Source: Abditibacteriaceae bacterium | Lineage (GTDB): Bacteria > Armatimonadota > Abditibacteriia > Abditibacteriales > Abditibacteriaceae | Direction: 5' to 3' | NCBI GenBank assembly: GCA_031425655.1 | Contig: JANPJS010000137.1 | Location: 1 to 18,023 of the forward strand | Length of the DNA: 18,023 nt | Part shown: positions 8,441 through 16,975 of the stretch, piece by piece | Layout: each line of letters opens with the position of its first letter | Numbering within the stretch: position 1 is the first letter of the stretch | The notes under the pieces: model-generated | Databases searched by the model: none | Seen by the model: only the letters and a program-made list of their open reading frames with translations | Told to the model about the DNA's origin: nothing | Position numbers and translations under genes: made by a program

Positions 8441-10381
8441 ATGAGCAAATTAGCGAAAACATGGGCGTTAAAGGCAATTTTTGCGGGAGCGTTGTTATTG
8501 ATTTTGGTGGCCGCACCGGCGCAATCCGCGACGTATCGGTGGGTGGGGCCGGGGCGCCTCTGGCAGGATGCCGCCAACTGGCAGCCCAACGGCGTTCCCG
8601 GCGCGGGCGACAGCGCGACTATCGGCCCGAACTTTTCCATTGACTTGAGCAGCGACGTGCAAGTCGACCGTCTGACGTTGGGAGCCGGCACGCGCTTAAC
8701 CGGCGGCGGCGACCTGAGCATTAAAAGCGGAGAAAGCGTTTTTACCGACGCACGCTTATCGGGAAGCGGCCTATTTCGCGTGGAAGAAGGCGCAACGCTG
8801 AGTATCAGAACGGTGGGCTATTCTTACGGAGCTATTCCCGCAGTCACCGGCACGCCAAGGATTTCAGGTAATGTCAACACGCGTTTCGATAGACATGTTT
8901 TGAACTTTGGCGCCATAAACTGGAGTGGCGGCAACCTCCTCATTTACAAGTCGCTGAATAACACCGCGAACGCCATTATTCGTATTCGCGGTGTGGGTGC
9001 TCTGGTCAGAGACCCTGTGGCGGTGTCTTCTATTACTAACACAGGCACCATTATTAAAGCTGTATCCAGCAATTTAGAACTCGATGATACGAACGACGAT
9101 ACCAGACTGAACCTGCCCTTCAACAATACCGGTGTGTTCACCGCGCAGACCGGAACGCTGTATTTTTACAACACTTTCACGCAGAGATCGGGCGAAACGC
9201 AGCTCAAGGGTGGTTCCATCTTCAGTCAGTCGGAAATGATTTACAACGGCGGGCGATTGAACGGCACTGGAACGGTGCAAGGCTCGGTTCGCAACAACGG
9301 TGCCGTTTTCGCGCCGGGCAGTTCACCGGGCATGGTCGTGATCAACGGCAACTACACGCAGACGGGCGGCGGCACTCTTCAAATGGAAATTGGTGGCGTC
9401 ACGGCGGGAACGCAATACGACCAACTCGTCATCAGCGGCACCGCAACCTTAGACGGCACGCTCAACATCGAGCAGTTCAATGGCTTCGTTCCTGTTGGAG
9501 GCAATAGCTTTCAATTATTGAAATACCTTGTCGCCAGCGGTAACTTCGCCAGCGTCAATAACCTTTTCCCTTCGCCCGGATTTTATTTCACGACATCAAA
9601 GGCTCCCAGCTATTTAGTCGCGCAAACCGTTGCTGATGCGACGATTCCTACGGTAACCATGACGACGCCGAGAACCGATACCGGCTACGCTTCGCTGCCC
9701 CAAGCCAGAGGCACTGCCGCCGATGTCGGCAGCGGCGTTGCGGCTGTAACGGTCAAGCTGTTTCGTTATGCCGCCGCCGGAATAACCGCCGGCTACTGGA
9801 ACGGCACTACCTGGGATGTGGCTTACTCCGCAGCGAACGAATTGCCCGCTACCGGCACTACGAGCTGGAATTGGACAGTGCCCGCTTTAGCCGCAGGAAA
9901 ATACGACCTGACCGCGACGGCACGTGACATCGCTCACAATTCCAAAGTCGGCACCAAAACCATTTTCTGGATTGATACTACGATTCCGAGCGCCGTCGCC
10001 ATCACTTCGCACGCCGCGAATGCTGTGGTTTTCAACCTCAATGCGGTGAGCGGCACTGCGTCCGATGCCGGCAGCGGCCTCAAGCGTGTAGATTTTCGCA
10101 TCAAAAAAGTGAGCGACCTCACTTATTGGAACGGCACTGGCTGGGTCGCTTCCTCGACGACTTACGTCTCGACAACACTCAACGGCGGCACCTGGTCACG
10201 CACTAACAGCGCTGGCACACCAATGCCAACCGGCGCGCTCCTGCCGGCTGGCAGCTACCAACTGACGGCGTTAGCGGTGGACAAAGCGGAATTAAAAAAA
10301 GCAGTAACGATTTCGATCACGGTGCAGGCTGCCGCTCCTACGCCAGCCGGCGTCAGCACGCTCGAAGACGCTTCACAATAG
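8441..10381 (+). CDS. Secreted autotransporter-passenger-like beta-helix protein with two C-terminal Ig-like repeats, 646 aa, no translocator domain
   Basis: Start moved to ATG 8441 (GAGGT at 8432-8436). Signal peptide ending APAQS|A. N-terminal WVG...WQDAANWQPNGVPGAGDSA cap; G/T/N-rich strands; APGSSPG...GNYTQ..GTLQMEIGG...QYDQLVISGTATLDGTLNI block. Two repeats D.TIP...GTA.D.GSG...V......YWNGT.W...L.AG.Y.LTA.A.D.A. Confidence 0.88.
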   Translation: MSKLAKTWALKAIFAGALLLILVAAPAQSATYRWVGPGRLWQDAANWQPNGVPGAGDSATIGPNFSIDLSSDVQVDRLTLGAGTRLTGGGDLSIKSGESVFTDARLSGSGLFRVEEGATLSIRTVGYSYGAIPAVTGTPRISGNVNTRFDRHVLNFGAINWSGGNLLIYKSLNNTANAIIRIRGVGALVRDPVAVSSITNTGTIIKAVSSNLELDDTNDDTRLNLPFNNTGVFTAQTGTLYFYNTFTQRSGETQLKGGSIFSQSEMIYNGGRLNGTGTVQGSVRNNGAVFAPGSSPGMVVINGNYTQTGGGTLQMEIGGVTAGTQYDQLVISGTATLDGTLNIEQFNGFVPVGGNSFQLLKYLVASGNFASVNNLFPSPGFYFTTSKAPSYLVAQTVADATIPTVTMTTPRTDTGYASLPQARGTAADVGSGVAAVTVKLFRYAAAGITAGYWNGTTWDVAYSAANELPATGTTSWNWTVPALAAGKYDLTATARDIAHNSKVGTKTIFWIDTTIPSAVAITSHAANAVVFNLNAVSGTASDAGSGLKRVDFRIKKVSDLTYWNGTGWVASSTTYVSTTLNGGTWSRTNSAGTPMPTGALLPAGSYQLTALAVDKAELKKAVTISITVQAAAPTPAGVSTLEDASQ

Positions 10382-10384
10382 CGA

Positions 10385-10426
10385 AAAACGTCCTTCTCCA
10401 TTAAATTGGAGAAGGACGTTTTATTT
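10385..10426 (+). terminator. Intrinsic terminator
   Basis: Perfect 16-bp inverted repeat AAAACGTCCTTCTCCA / TGGAGAAGGACGTTTT with a 6-nt loop, followed by ATTT, 3 nt after the stop at 10381. Confidence 0.85.
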
Positions 10427-10474
10427 GGTGTTCAGCTTTAGCCGTCGGGCGCAGTAACTTAAATTGGCATTCAT

Positions 10475-11377
10475 ATGGTTTCTTCAAAAATACCTCGCCG
10501 TCTATTGCTTATTGTGTCCGGCGCTGCGCTGATTAGCCTTGCGGGGTGCGGCGGCGGCGCGGGCGGCGCCACGTTGCCGCCCACGCCGCTTGACCGCATT
10601 TTGTTCGATACTTTCTTCGGAACGGACTCGGAAATCTTTGCAATAAACGGCAACGGAACGGCTCCTCTGTCGCTGACGGACAACGACTTTCAAGATACCG
10701 AACCCGCTTACAATGTCGCCGGCAGCCGCGTCGTTTTCGTGTCGAACCGCGACGGCAATTCCGAAATTTACGCGATGAACAGCGACGGCACCAATCCAAA
10801 GCGGCTCACCAACAACACCTTCGAGGACGACCATCCTGTATTCGCGCCCAGCGGCGCTGTCGTTTTTCGTTCGACGCGCGATGGCTTTAACAGCGACATT
10901 TTTCGTATGAATGCCGACGGGAGCGGGCAAACGCGTCTAACTACGCATCCGGGTTTCGATTTCGATCCGTCAGTGGCGCCCGATGGCCGCATTTTGTTTG
11001 CTTCCGACCGGCAGGGCAGTTCGTATCAAATCTTTCGCATGAACGCCGATGGAAGCGCGCAAACGCCGCTTACCAACACGCCGGCCAATCAATTTTCGCC
11101 CGCCGCCAGCCCCGACGGCCAACGCATCGTGTTTACCTCCGACCGCGATGGGCAACAGGAAATCTATGTGATGGACGCGAACGGGAGCGGGCAAACGCGT
11201 CTGACGAACACGCCCGATGGCGAATATGATCCGTCGTTTACGCCCGACGGGCAACGTATCGTTTTCGCGTCGCAGAAAGACGGCAATCTCGACCTCTTCA
11301 TCATAAGCGTCGACGGAACGAACACGACGCAACTGACCAAAACCCCGGCCTTCGAGCGCCATCCGACGGCGCGATAA
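10475..11377 (+). CDS. TolB-like (PD40 repeat) six-bladed beta-propeller lipoprotein, 300 aa
   Basis: Lipobox LAG|C (Cys25) followed by a Gly/Pro linker; six blades of the form SPDGQRIVFxSDRDGxxEIYxMxAxGSGQTRLTN. It lacks the TolB N-terminal domain and tol-pal neighbours, so it is not called tolB. Confidence 0.9.
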   Translation: MVSSKIPRRLLLIVSGAALISLAGCGGGAGGATLPPTPLDRILFDTFFGTDSEIFAINGNGTAPLSLTDNDFQDTEPAYNVAGSRVVFVSNRDGNSEIYAMNSDGTNPKRLTNNTFEDDHPVFAPSGAVVFRSTRDGFNSDIFRMNADGSGQTRLTTHPGFDFDPSVAPDGRILFASDRQGSSYQIFRMNADGSAQTPLTNTPANQFSPAASPDGQRIVFTSDRDGQQEIYVMDANGSGQTRLTNTPDGEYDPSFTPDGQRIVFASQKDGNLDLFIISVDGTNTTQLTKTPAFERHPTAR

Positions 11378-11388
11378 GCGTGAAATTT

Positions 11389-14300
11389 ATGAAAATCGAA
11401 CAGAAACGCGCCGTGCCTGCACCCTGGTGCGTCGCGCTGTTGACGACGCTGATACTCAGTTTTTGGGCGCAAATTGCAGCGTTCGCCGCGAATCCGGTAG
11501 CGACGGTTCGCACCGCACGCGGCGACACTTATCGGCGCGCTAAAGGCCAAACGGGTTTCACGCCACTGGCGGTGCGAACCGGGCTTTTTAGCGGCGATGT
11601 CGTGGGCACCGGCCCCGGCGGGCGCCTGGCTTTGCTTTTTAGCGACGGCGCGGGCGTGCGACTCAACGAAAACAGCGCCGTCGAAATCACACCATCTGCC
11701 CAATCCGGCAAAAGCAGCTTGTTTCGCGCCGTGAAAGGCGAATTGTGGGCGCGTTTGCGGCCCGGCAACACCATCCAAACGCGCACGGTTGCTCTCGGTG
11801 TGCGCGGCACCGAAATTCTGCTTCAAGTCGCCGAGGGCGACGGCACTACCACACTGACTGTCGTCGAAGGCGAAGTCCAATTCTTCAACCAATTTGGACA
11901 AGTCACGGTTGGCACGGCGCAGCAAAGCACGGCGCGCCCCGGACAAGCGCCCACAGCGCCGCTGACGATTCAAACGCCGGGCCTGCTCATCGAATGGACG
12001 CTTGACCTCGACCGCGCCGCGCTGCCCCGCGAAAAGAGCTTCGCAGGCGCGCCCGGCGACGAGCTTTTCAACAAGCGCAATTTCGCAGGCGCTTTGCCGC
12101 TCTACGAAGCCGCCCTTCAGCGCACGCCAAACGACAACGCTGCGCACGAACGTCTTGGCTGGGCCTTGCTCGAACTTGACCGCCTCGACGAAGCCGAAGC
12201 GCAATTTCGCTTGGCAGACGAAAATGGCCCGGCGCTGACCGGCCTTGCGTGGCTGGAATTATCACGAGCGCGGGCCGACAAAGCCGAAGATTTCGCCAGC
12301 CGAGCGTTAGCAATCGCGGCCAACGATGAAGCGCGCGTGGCATTGGGTGCGGCGCAACTGCGCGGCGGCAAGGCCGACGAAGCCGTCGCTACGCTGCGCG
12401 CCGTTGGGGAAAATTCCCCTATGCGTCCCGCCGCGAGTGCTTGGCTGGCGCTGGCGCTGCTGGCGCAAAACGATATGCCGGGCGCGCTCCGCGAAGCGCA
12501 AAACGCCGTGAAATCCGCGCCGAATTCGGCGTTGGCGCAAAGCAGTCTGGCGACGGCGGCGCTGTTTGCGAATCGTCCCGGCGAGGCTTCGCGCGCGGCG
12601 AAAATAGCCGCCGCGCTCTCGCCAGACGACGTGGCCTCGCAAACCGTGTTAGCGCAATCGTTGCTCGCGCGCGGCGATGCCGATGCTGCCACGCGTGCGG
12701 CGGCTCGCGCCGTCGCGCTCGACCCGCAATCGGCTCAGGCGCGTTATCTTTTGGGCGTGGCCGAGGCCGGTCGGCGCGATTACTCGCACGCGGCGCGCGA
12801 ACTACGCGAGGCGCTGCGCTTAGCGCCCGCTTTTTTGCCGGCGGCTTCGGCGTTGGCGCGCGTTTTCAACGCCATGAATCGCCCGCGCGAGGCCACGGCG
12901 TTGCTCGAAGAGCGTCTGGCGCGCGATGAGCGCGGCGAAGTCGAAGGCGCTTTGGGCGAAGTGCTTTACGAGCAGGGGAATTACGCGCTGGCGGCCACGC
13001 GATTGCGCGCCGCGCTGAAAAAGCAGTCGTCGAGCGCGTTGCTCAGCGATGCTCTGGCGCGGGCGCTGCTTTACGATAATCAGCTTGCCGAAGCCATCGT
13101 AGCCGGGCGAAAAGCCGTGCAACTGGCGCCGACAATCGGTGCATATCACGCGAATTTGGGGCTGGCCTACGATTTTAGCCGCTTGGACGCCCAGGCCGAG
13201 CGCGAATATCGCACGGCGCTGACTTTCGACCCGCAAAACGCGCTGGCGCTGACGCAACTGGCGCTCAAACAAGCGGGCACTGATCTGCGCCCGCAGGCCA
13301 GCAGCCTGGCGCAGGGCTTCATTTACGACCCGGCTCTGGAGCGCAAACTGTTGCGCGGCGGCGTAAACGTCGAAGTGACACCTTTTGTCGGTGATAACAG
13401 GCAAATCGGCGTGGATTTGACGCATCGCGGCACTTACTCCGAAGGAAAGTTGCACGGTTTTAGTCAGGCGCACATTGACCGCGACGGTGGCGAACGTCCC
13501 AACTCCGACACGCGCATCTTCGATGCTGCGGGCTATCTGACGGCGGTGCCCAATCCCACGACCAATCTTTACGCAACGCTGCGCCGGCAGAACGCGCGCG
13601 GCGGTTTAGCCGGTTCGATAGCCGCGCCGGATGGCGACGACCGCACTAAATTTCGCTTCAACGAGGCGCAAATTGCCGGGCGTCGCAGATTCTCCGGCGG
13701 CAGTCATTTGTGGGCCGGAGTGCGCGCCAACGCTGCGCGCAACGATACGGTTGATGCGGGTTTGAACTCGTTTACAGACCCGATTTCGGGTCTGCCAGTG
13801 CAACGCCAGAGATTCGACTCAACCGGCTTGGTGCCCGAACTGCGCTTCGACGCGCCGACCGGAGGCGCAAGTCGTTCGGGCGTGCTGACGCTGGGATTGG
13901 CGCGCACACGCACCGATTTCGATAGCCGCCGCGAACTGCGCGTGCCTATCGGCGCCGGTTTAGGCACGGGCCGTTTTTCCGAAGACGACCGCGCGTGGCT
14001 GGCTTATGGCCAATGGGCCGGACGGTTCGGCGAACGCTTCGCACTGAACGCGCAACTGCGCGCGTGGAAACGCGATCAGAACCGCGCCGCGACCGTAATT
14101 TTGCCGGGTCGCCCGGATTTCGTGAACGCCACCGCGCGTGACGAAACGCGTTTTCTGCCTGCTGTGTTAGTTAGTTACCAAGCGGCGCGGCACACCGCTT
14201 TGCGTTTCGCTTACAATCGTCGCGTCACTGAATCTACCGTCGCCACGTTTTTGCCGACCGAAACGCTTATTTCTACGCAAAGCGCCGCGTTGCCGTTCGG

Positions 14301-14889
14301 CACGCCGCTACGCTTGAATCTGACGCAACTCGACATCGAGCATTACGCCGGAACGCGCGGGTTTTTAAAGCTATTCGTCTTTCGCAGCACCGCGAGCGAT
14401 GTGCAAATTGGCGATTCCGATTTGCTGGGTTTTGGCTCCGGTTTGCCCTCGCCGAACGCGCCGGTGCTGAATTTAGCGCGCTGGCAGGCGCAGGGCGCGG
14501 GCGCGCGTTACGAACATCAATTGACACGCAGCCTGTTTGCCAGCGCCGGTTTCGCGTATCGCAGCACGCGCGCCGACGGCGTGGACGACGCGCCTTACGA
14601 GCCGAATAATCTGGCGGATGCCGCGCTCAATTACGTTTCTCCGCGCGGCAACAAAGCCGGTTTGCAGTGGCGCCATCAGGGCGCGATTTTCGCGGATACG
14701 CCATTAGCAGCAGGCCGCCCGCGCTTTGGCTCCGGCAACTTCGTGGACTTGACTCTGGCGCGCGAACCATCGGTGCGCCACGAGTATTTTCTGAAAATCA
14801 CCAATCTTTTCGACCGCGCGCAGTCTCTCTTCAACGGCTTCCCCGGCGCCGGGCGGCGGGTGCAGGCCGGCTATACGCGGCGCTTTTGA
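11389..14889 (+). CDS. FecR-domain / TPR / TonB-dependent-receptor-like beta-barrel outer-membrane protein (NsrA-like architecture), about 1166 aa
   Basis: Start is ATG 11389 or GTG 11380. Signal peptide ending AAFA|A. FecR motifs GDVVGTG..GRLALLFSDG..VRLNENS, LGVRGTE and LTVVEGEV (~11490-11960). Ala/Leu-rich TPR array (~12055-13270). Amphipathic strands from ~13360, NLFDR near the end and terminal AGYTRRF. Confidence 0.88.
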   Translation: MKIEQKRAVPAPWCVALLTTLILSFWAQIAAFAANPVATVRTARGDTYRRAKGQTGFTPLAVRTGLFSGDVVGTGPGGRLALLFSDGAGVRLNENSAVEITPSAQSGKSSLFRAVKGELWARLRPGNTIQTRTVALGVRGTEILLQVAEGDGTTTLTVVEGEVQFFNQFGQVTVGTAQQSTARPGQAPTAPLTIQTPGLLIEWTLDLDRAALPREKSFAGAPGDELFNKRNFAGALPLYEAALQRTPNDNAAHERLGWALLELDRLDEAEAQFRLADENGPALTGLAWLELSRARADKAEDFASRALAIAANDEARVALGAAQLRGGKADEAVATLRAVGENSPMRPAASAWLALALLAQNDMPGALREAQNAVKSAPNSALAQSSLATAALFANRPGEASRAAKIAAALSPDDVASQTVLAQSLLARGDADAATRAAARAVALDPQSAQARYLLGVAEAGRRDYSHAARELREALRLAPAFLPAASALARVFNAMNRPREATALLEERLARDERGEVEGALGEVLYEQGNYALAATRLRAALKKQSSSALLSDALARALLYDNQLAEAIVAGRKAVQLAPTIGAYHANLGLAYDFSRLDAQAEREYRTALTFDPQNALALTQLALKQAGTDLRPQASSLAQGFIYDPALERKLLRGGVNVEVTPFVGDNRQIGVDLTHRGTYSEGKLHGFSQAHIDRDGGERPNSDTRIFDAAGYLTAVPNPTTNLYATLRRQNARGGLAGSIAAPDGDDRTKFRFNEAQIAGRRRFSGGSHLWAGVRANAARNDTVDAGLNSFTDPISGLPVQRQRFDSTGLVPELRFDAPTGGASRSGVLTLGLARTRTDFDSRRELRVPIGAGLGTGRFSEDDRAWLAYGQWAGRFGERFALNAQLRAWKRDQNRAATVILPGRPDFVNATARDETRFLPAVLVSYQAARHTALRFAYNRRVTESTVATFLPTETLISTQSAALPFGTPLRLNLTQLDIEHYAGTRGFLKLFVFRSTASDVQIGDSDLLGFGSGLPSPNAPVLNLARWQAQGAGARYEHQLTRSLFASAGFAYRSTRADGVDDAPYEPNNLADAALNYVSPRGNKAGLQWRHQGAIFADTPLAAGRPRFGSGNFVDLTLAREPSVRHEYFLKITNLFDRAQSLFNGFPGAGRRVQAGYTRRF

Positions 14890-14895
14890 AATTGA

Positions 14896-16890
14896 ATGCG
14901 GATTCCCATGCCGGGCCTGTTTTCACGCCGCGCCGCGGGACAAGGCACAGGCGAAGATTTAGCCAGCCTGAGCCACGTCCGCGCGCAGTCGCGCTGGCGC
15001 CGTCGCGCCATTATTGGCGCGATTTACGTTTCGGTTGTGGCGCTGTGCGCTTCGCTCGACCCGGACAGCGGCGTGCATGGAAATTCGCGTGTTTTTGAAA
15101 GCGCCGAATTCTCGCTTTACACACTGCGCCAGAACATTTTCATGCGCCGCCATGATGATGTAGTGCGCTGGGTGCAGCAGCAAATCGTGCTGGTGCCGCT
15201 GACCGATGCAACCTTCGACAAAGACTGGGGCATGATTCCCGGCCCACCCGCGCCGCGCGATTATCAGGCTAAAGTTGTGCGCGAATTGACACGCGCCGGA
15301 GTCAAGGGCATCGTCTTCGACATGGTGTTTGAGGGTGCCACGGAAAATGCGAAAGACAAAGACGACGCTTTTGCTAAGGCTCTGCGCGCCTCGAACCGCT
15401 CGATTATTGGCTCGTGGATGACTGAAGAGGATGGCGTTCTGCAAAAACCTCTCGCCGAATTCGGCAAATCTGCGCGCGTGGCCAGTCTGCTCGCTCCTCA
15501 AACGCCCGAACAGATCGTCATTGATCGTATTCCACCTGTTGTGGCATCTTCTTCGGGCGCCGATTTAATTCCTTCGCTGAGCGTAGCCGGCGCGATGCAG
15601 GGCGCCGGTTTGGGCACGGCGCCTATTCAGCGAGCGCCGGACGGTTGGAAAATCGGCGACTTTTTCCTGCCGGTGAATAAACGGAGCGGCACGTTTACCA
15701 TCACGTTTTGGGGCAAGCCCGCTAACAGCAATGGCGAGGGGTTTTTTCCTTCGGTGCCTTACGAACAGATTTACGAAGGCGCCGTAGACGACGATTTTTA
15801 CAAGAAAAATCGCTTTTTCAAGGACAAAATCGCTCTCATCGGCGACATTACCAAATTGGGCAACGATTTTCGTCTGACAGCGGTTGGCCAAATGGCGGGT
15901 TTGGAAATTCAGGCGCACGCTACGGCCACCGTGCTGGCGGCGATGAAGAAAAACCAGCCGTTTTTGCGCGAGGCTCCGCGCTGGCTCAATGTCCTGATGA
16001 TTTTCTTACTGGCAGGATTTGCCTGTCACTTTGCCGCTTCGTGGCCTGTGCATCGCGCCGCCCTTGCCATGATCGTGCTGCTGCTCGGCTACGCGGCGCT
16101 TAATGTCTGGCTTTTCACAGATCATGCGCTTTATCTGCATTTCATCGCGCCGTCCGCCGCCGTGTTTTTAACGACGTTGGGTGTCTTAGCCGAGCGCATT
16201 CTGAGCGAAGAACGCCAGAAAACATGGATGCGCGGTCTTTTGCAGCGTTACGTCAGTCCGCAGGTGGCCGATTATCTGGTGGCGCACCCGGAAAAACTCC
16301 GTTTAGGCGGCGAAATGGTGACGGCGACTGTGCTTTTTTCTGATATTCGCGGCTTTACGGCGTTATCGCGCCGCTTTGAGGCGCAGGTCATTGTAGGACT
16401 GCTCAACGAATATTTGCAGGCGATGACCAACGTGATTTTCGCCTACGACGGCACGCTGGATAAATATATGGGCGACGGTATCATGGTCGTTTTCGGCGCC
16501 CCAGAGCCATACGAAGACCACGCGCGCCGCGCCGTCGCCGTCGCGATTGGAATGCAGGAAGCGATGGAAAAACTTCGTGAAAATTGGGGTGCGCGTGGCT
16601 TGCCGATGCTCGACATCGGCGTCGGAGTCGCTACTGGCCCCATGATTTCGGGCAACATGGGCGCCATTCAACGCCGCGAAATGACGGTCATCGGCGATAT
16701 TGTAAATCTCGCTTCACGAATCGAAGGCTTGAACAAAGAATTAGGCACTAAACTGCTGATTCACGAGTCCACTTTTGCGGTTGTGCAGGCTGAAATCGAG
16801 GCGCGCGGCCCCATCGCCGAACACGTCAAAGGCCACGACGATGACGTGGTGGTTTACGAAGTTTTCGGCTGGAAGCAAGCGGAAGGATGA
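14896..16890 (+). CDS. CHASE2-domain class III adenylate cyclase, 664 aa
   Basis: N-terminal TM helix; CHASE2 motifs (IVLV, PRDYQAKVVRELTRAGVKGIVFDMVF, FKDKIALIG, GLEIQAHA); three TM helices. Catalytic motifs LFSDIRGFT, DKYMGDGIM, TVIGDIVNLASRIE and VKG supply both metal-binding Asp, the Lys/Thr ATP-specificity pair and the Asn/Arg pair. Confidence 0.95.
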   Translation: MRIPMPGLFSRRAAGQGTGEDLASLSHVRAQSRWRRRAIIGAIYVSVVALCASLDPDSGVHGNSRVFESAEFSLYTLRQNIFMRRHDDVVRWVQQQIVLVPLTDATFDKDWGMIPGPPAPRDYQAKVVRELTRAGVKGIVFDMVFEGATENAKDKDDAFAKALRASNRSIIGSWMTEEDGVLQKPLAEFGKSARVASLLAPQTPEQIVIDRIPPVVASSSGADLIPSLSVAGAMQGAGLGTAPIQRAPDGWKIGDFFLPVNKRSGTFTITFWGKPANSNGEGFFPSVPYEQIYEGAVDDDFYKKNRFFKDKIALIGDITKLGNDFRLTAVGQMAGLEIQAHATATVLAAMKKNQPFLREAPRWLNVLMIFLLAGFACHFAASWPVHRAALAMIVLLLGYAALNVWLFTDHALYLHFIAPSAAVFLTTLGVLAERILSEERQKTWMRGLLQRYVSPQVADYLVAHPEKLRLGGEMVTATVLFSDIRGFTALSRRFEAQVIVGLLNEYLQAMTNVIFAYDGTLDKYMGDGIMVVFGAPEPYEDHARRAVAVAIGMQEAMEKLRENWGARGLPMLDIGVGVATGPMISGNMGAIQRREMTVIGDIVNLASRIEGLNKELGTKLLIHESTFAVVQAEIEARGPIAEHVKGHDDDVVVYEVFGWKQAEG

Positions 16891-16975
16891 GGGATGAGGG
16901 ATGAGGGCGGAGGGATGAAAAAACGTCTGCGGCGCGAAGCGCCTAATTTCATCCCTCATCCTTCCGCCCTCATCC
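16878..16975. repeat. Inverted array of tandem heptamers (GGATGAG / CTCATCC) around a GGC-GCGAAGC-GCC mini-hairpin
   Basis: Left units AGCGGAA, GGATGAG x3, GGCGGAG, GGATGAA (16878-16919). Right units TTCATCC, CTCATCC, TTCCGCC, CTCATCC (16948-16975). Central hairpin at 16931-16943. It lies between convergent genes. Confidence 0.9.

Noticed and set aside
6284..10462. Exact 11-mer CAGTAACTTAA at 6284 and 10452, near two start codons
   Set aside because: The orientation relative to the genes is opposite, and an 11-mer match is plausible by chance in this much AT-rich intergenic DNA.
10475..11377. Calling this gene tolB
   Set aside because: It is a lipoprotein without the TolB N-terminal domain and has no tolQRA/pal neighbours.
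11164..15501. Long antisense or alternative-frame ORFs (11164-12204, 12117-12692, 12820-13473, 14959-15501)
   Set aside because: They are GC-rich shadows of the barrel and cyclase genes.
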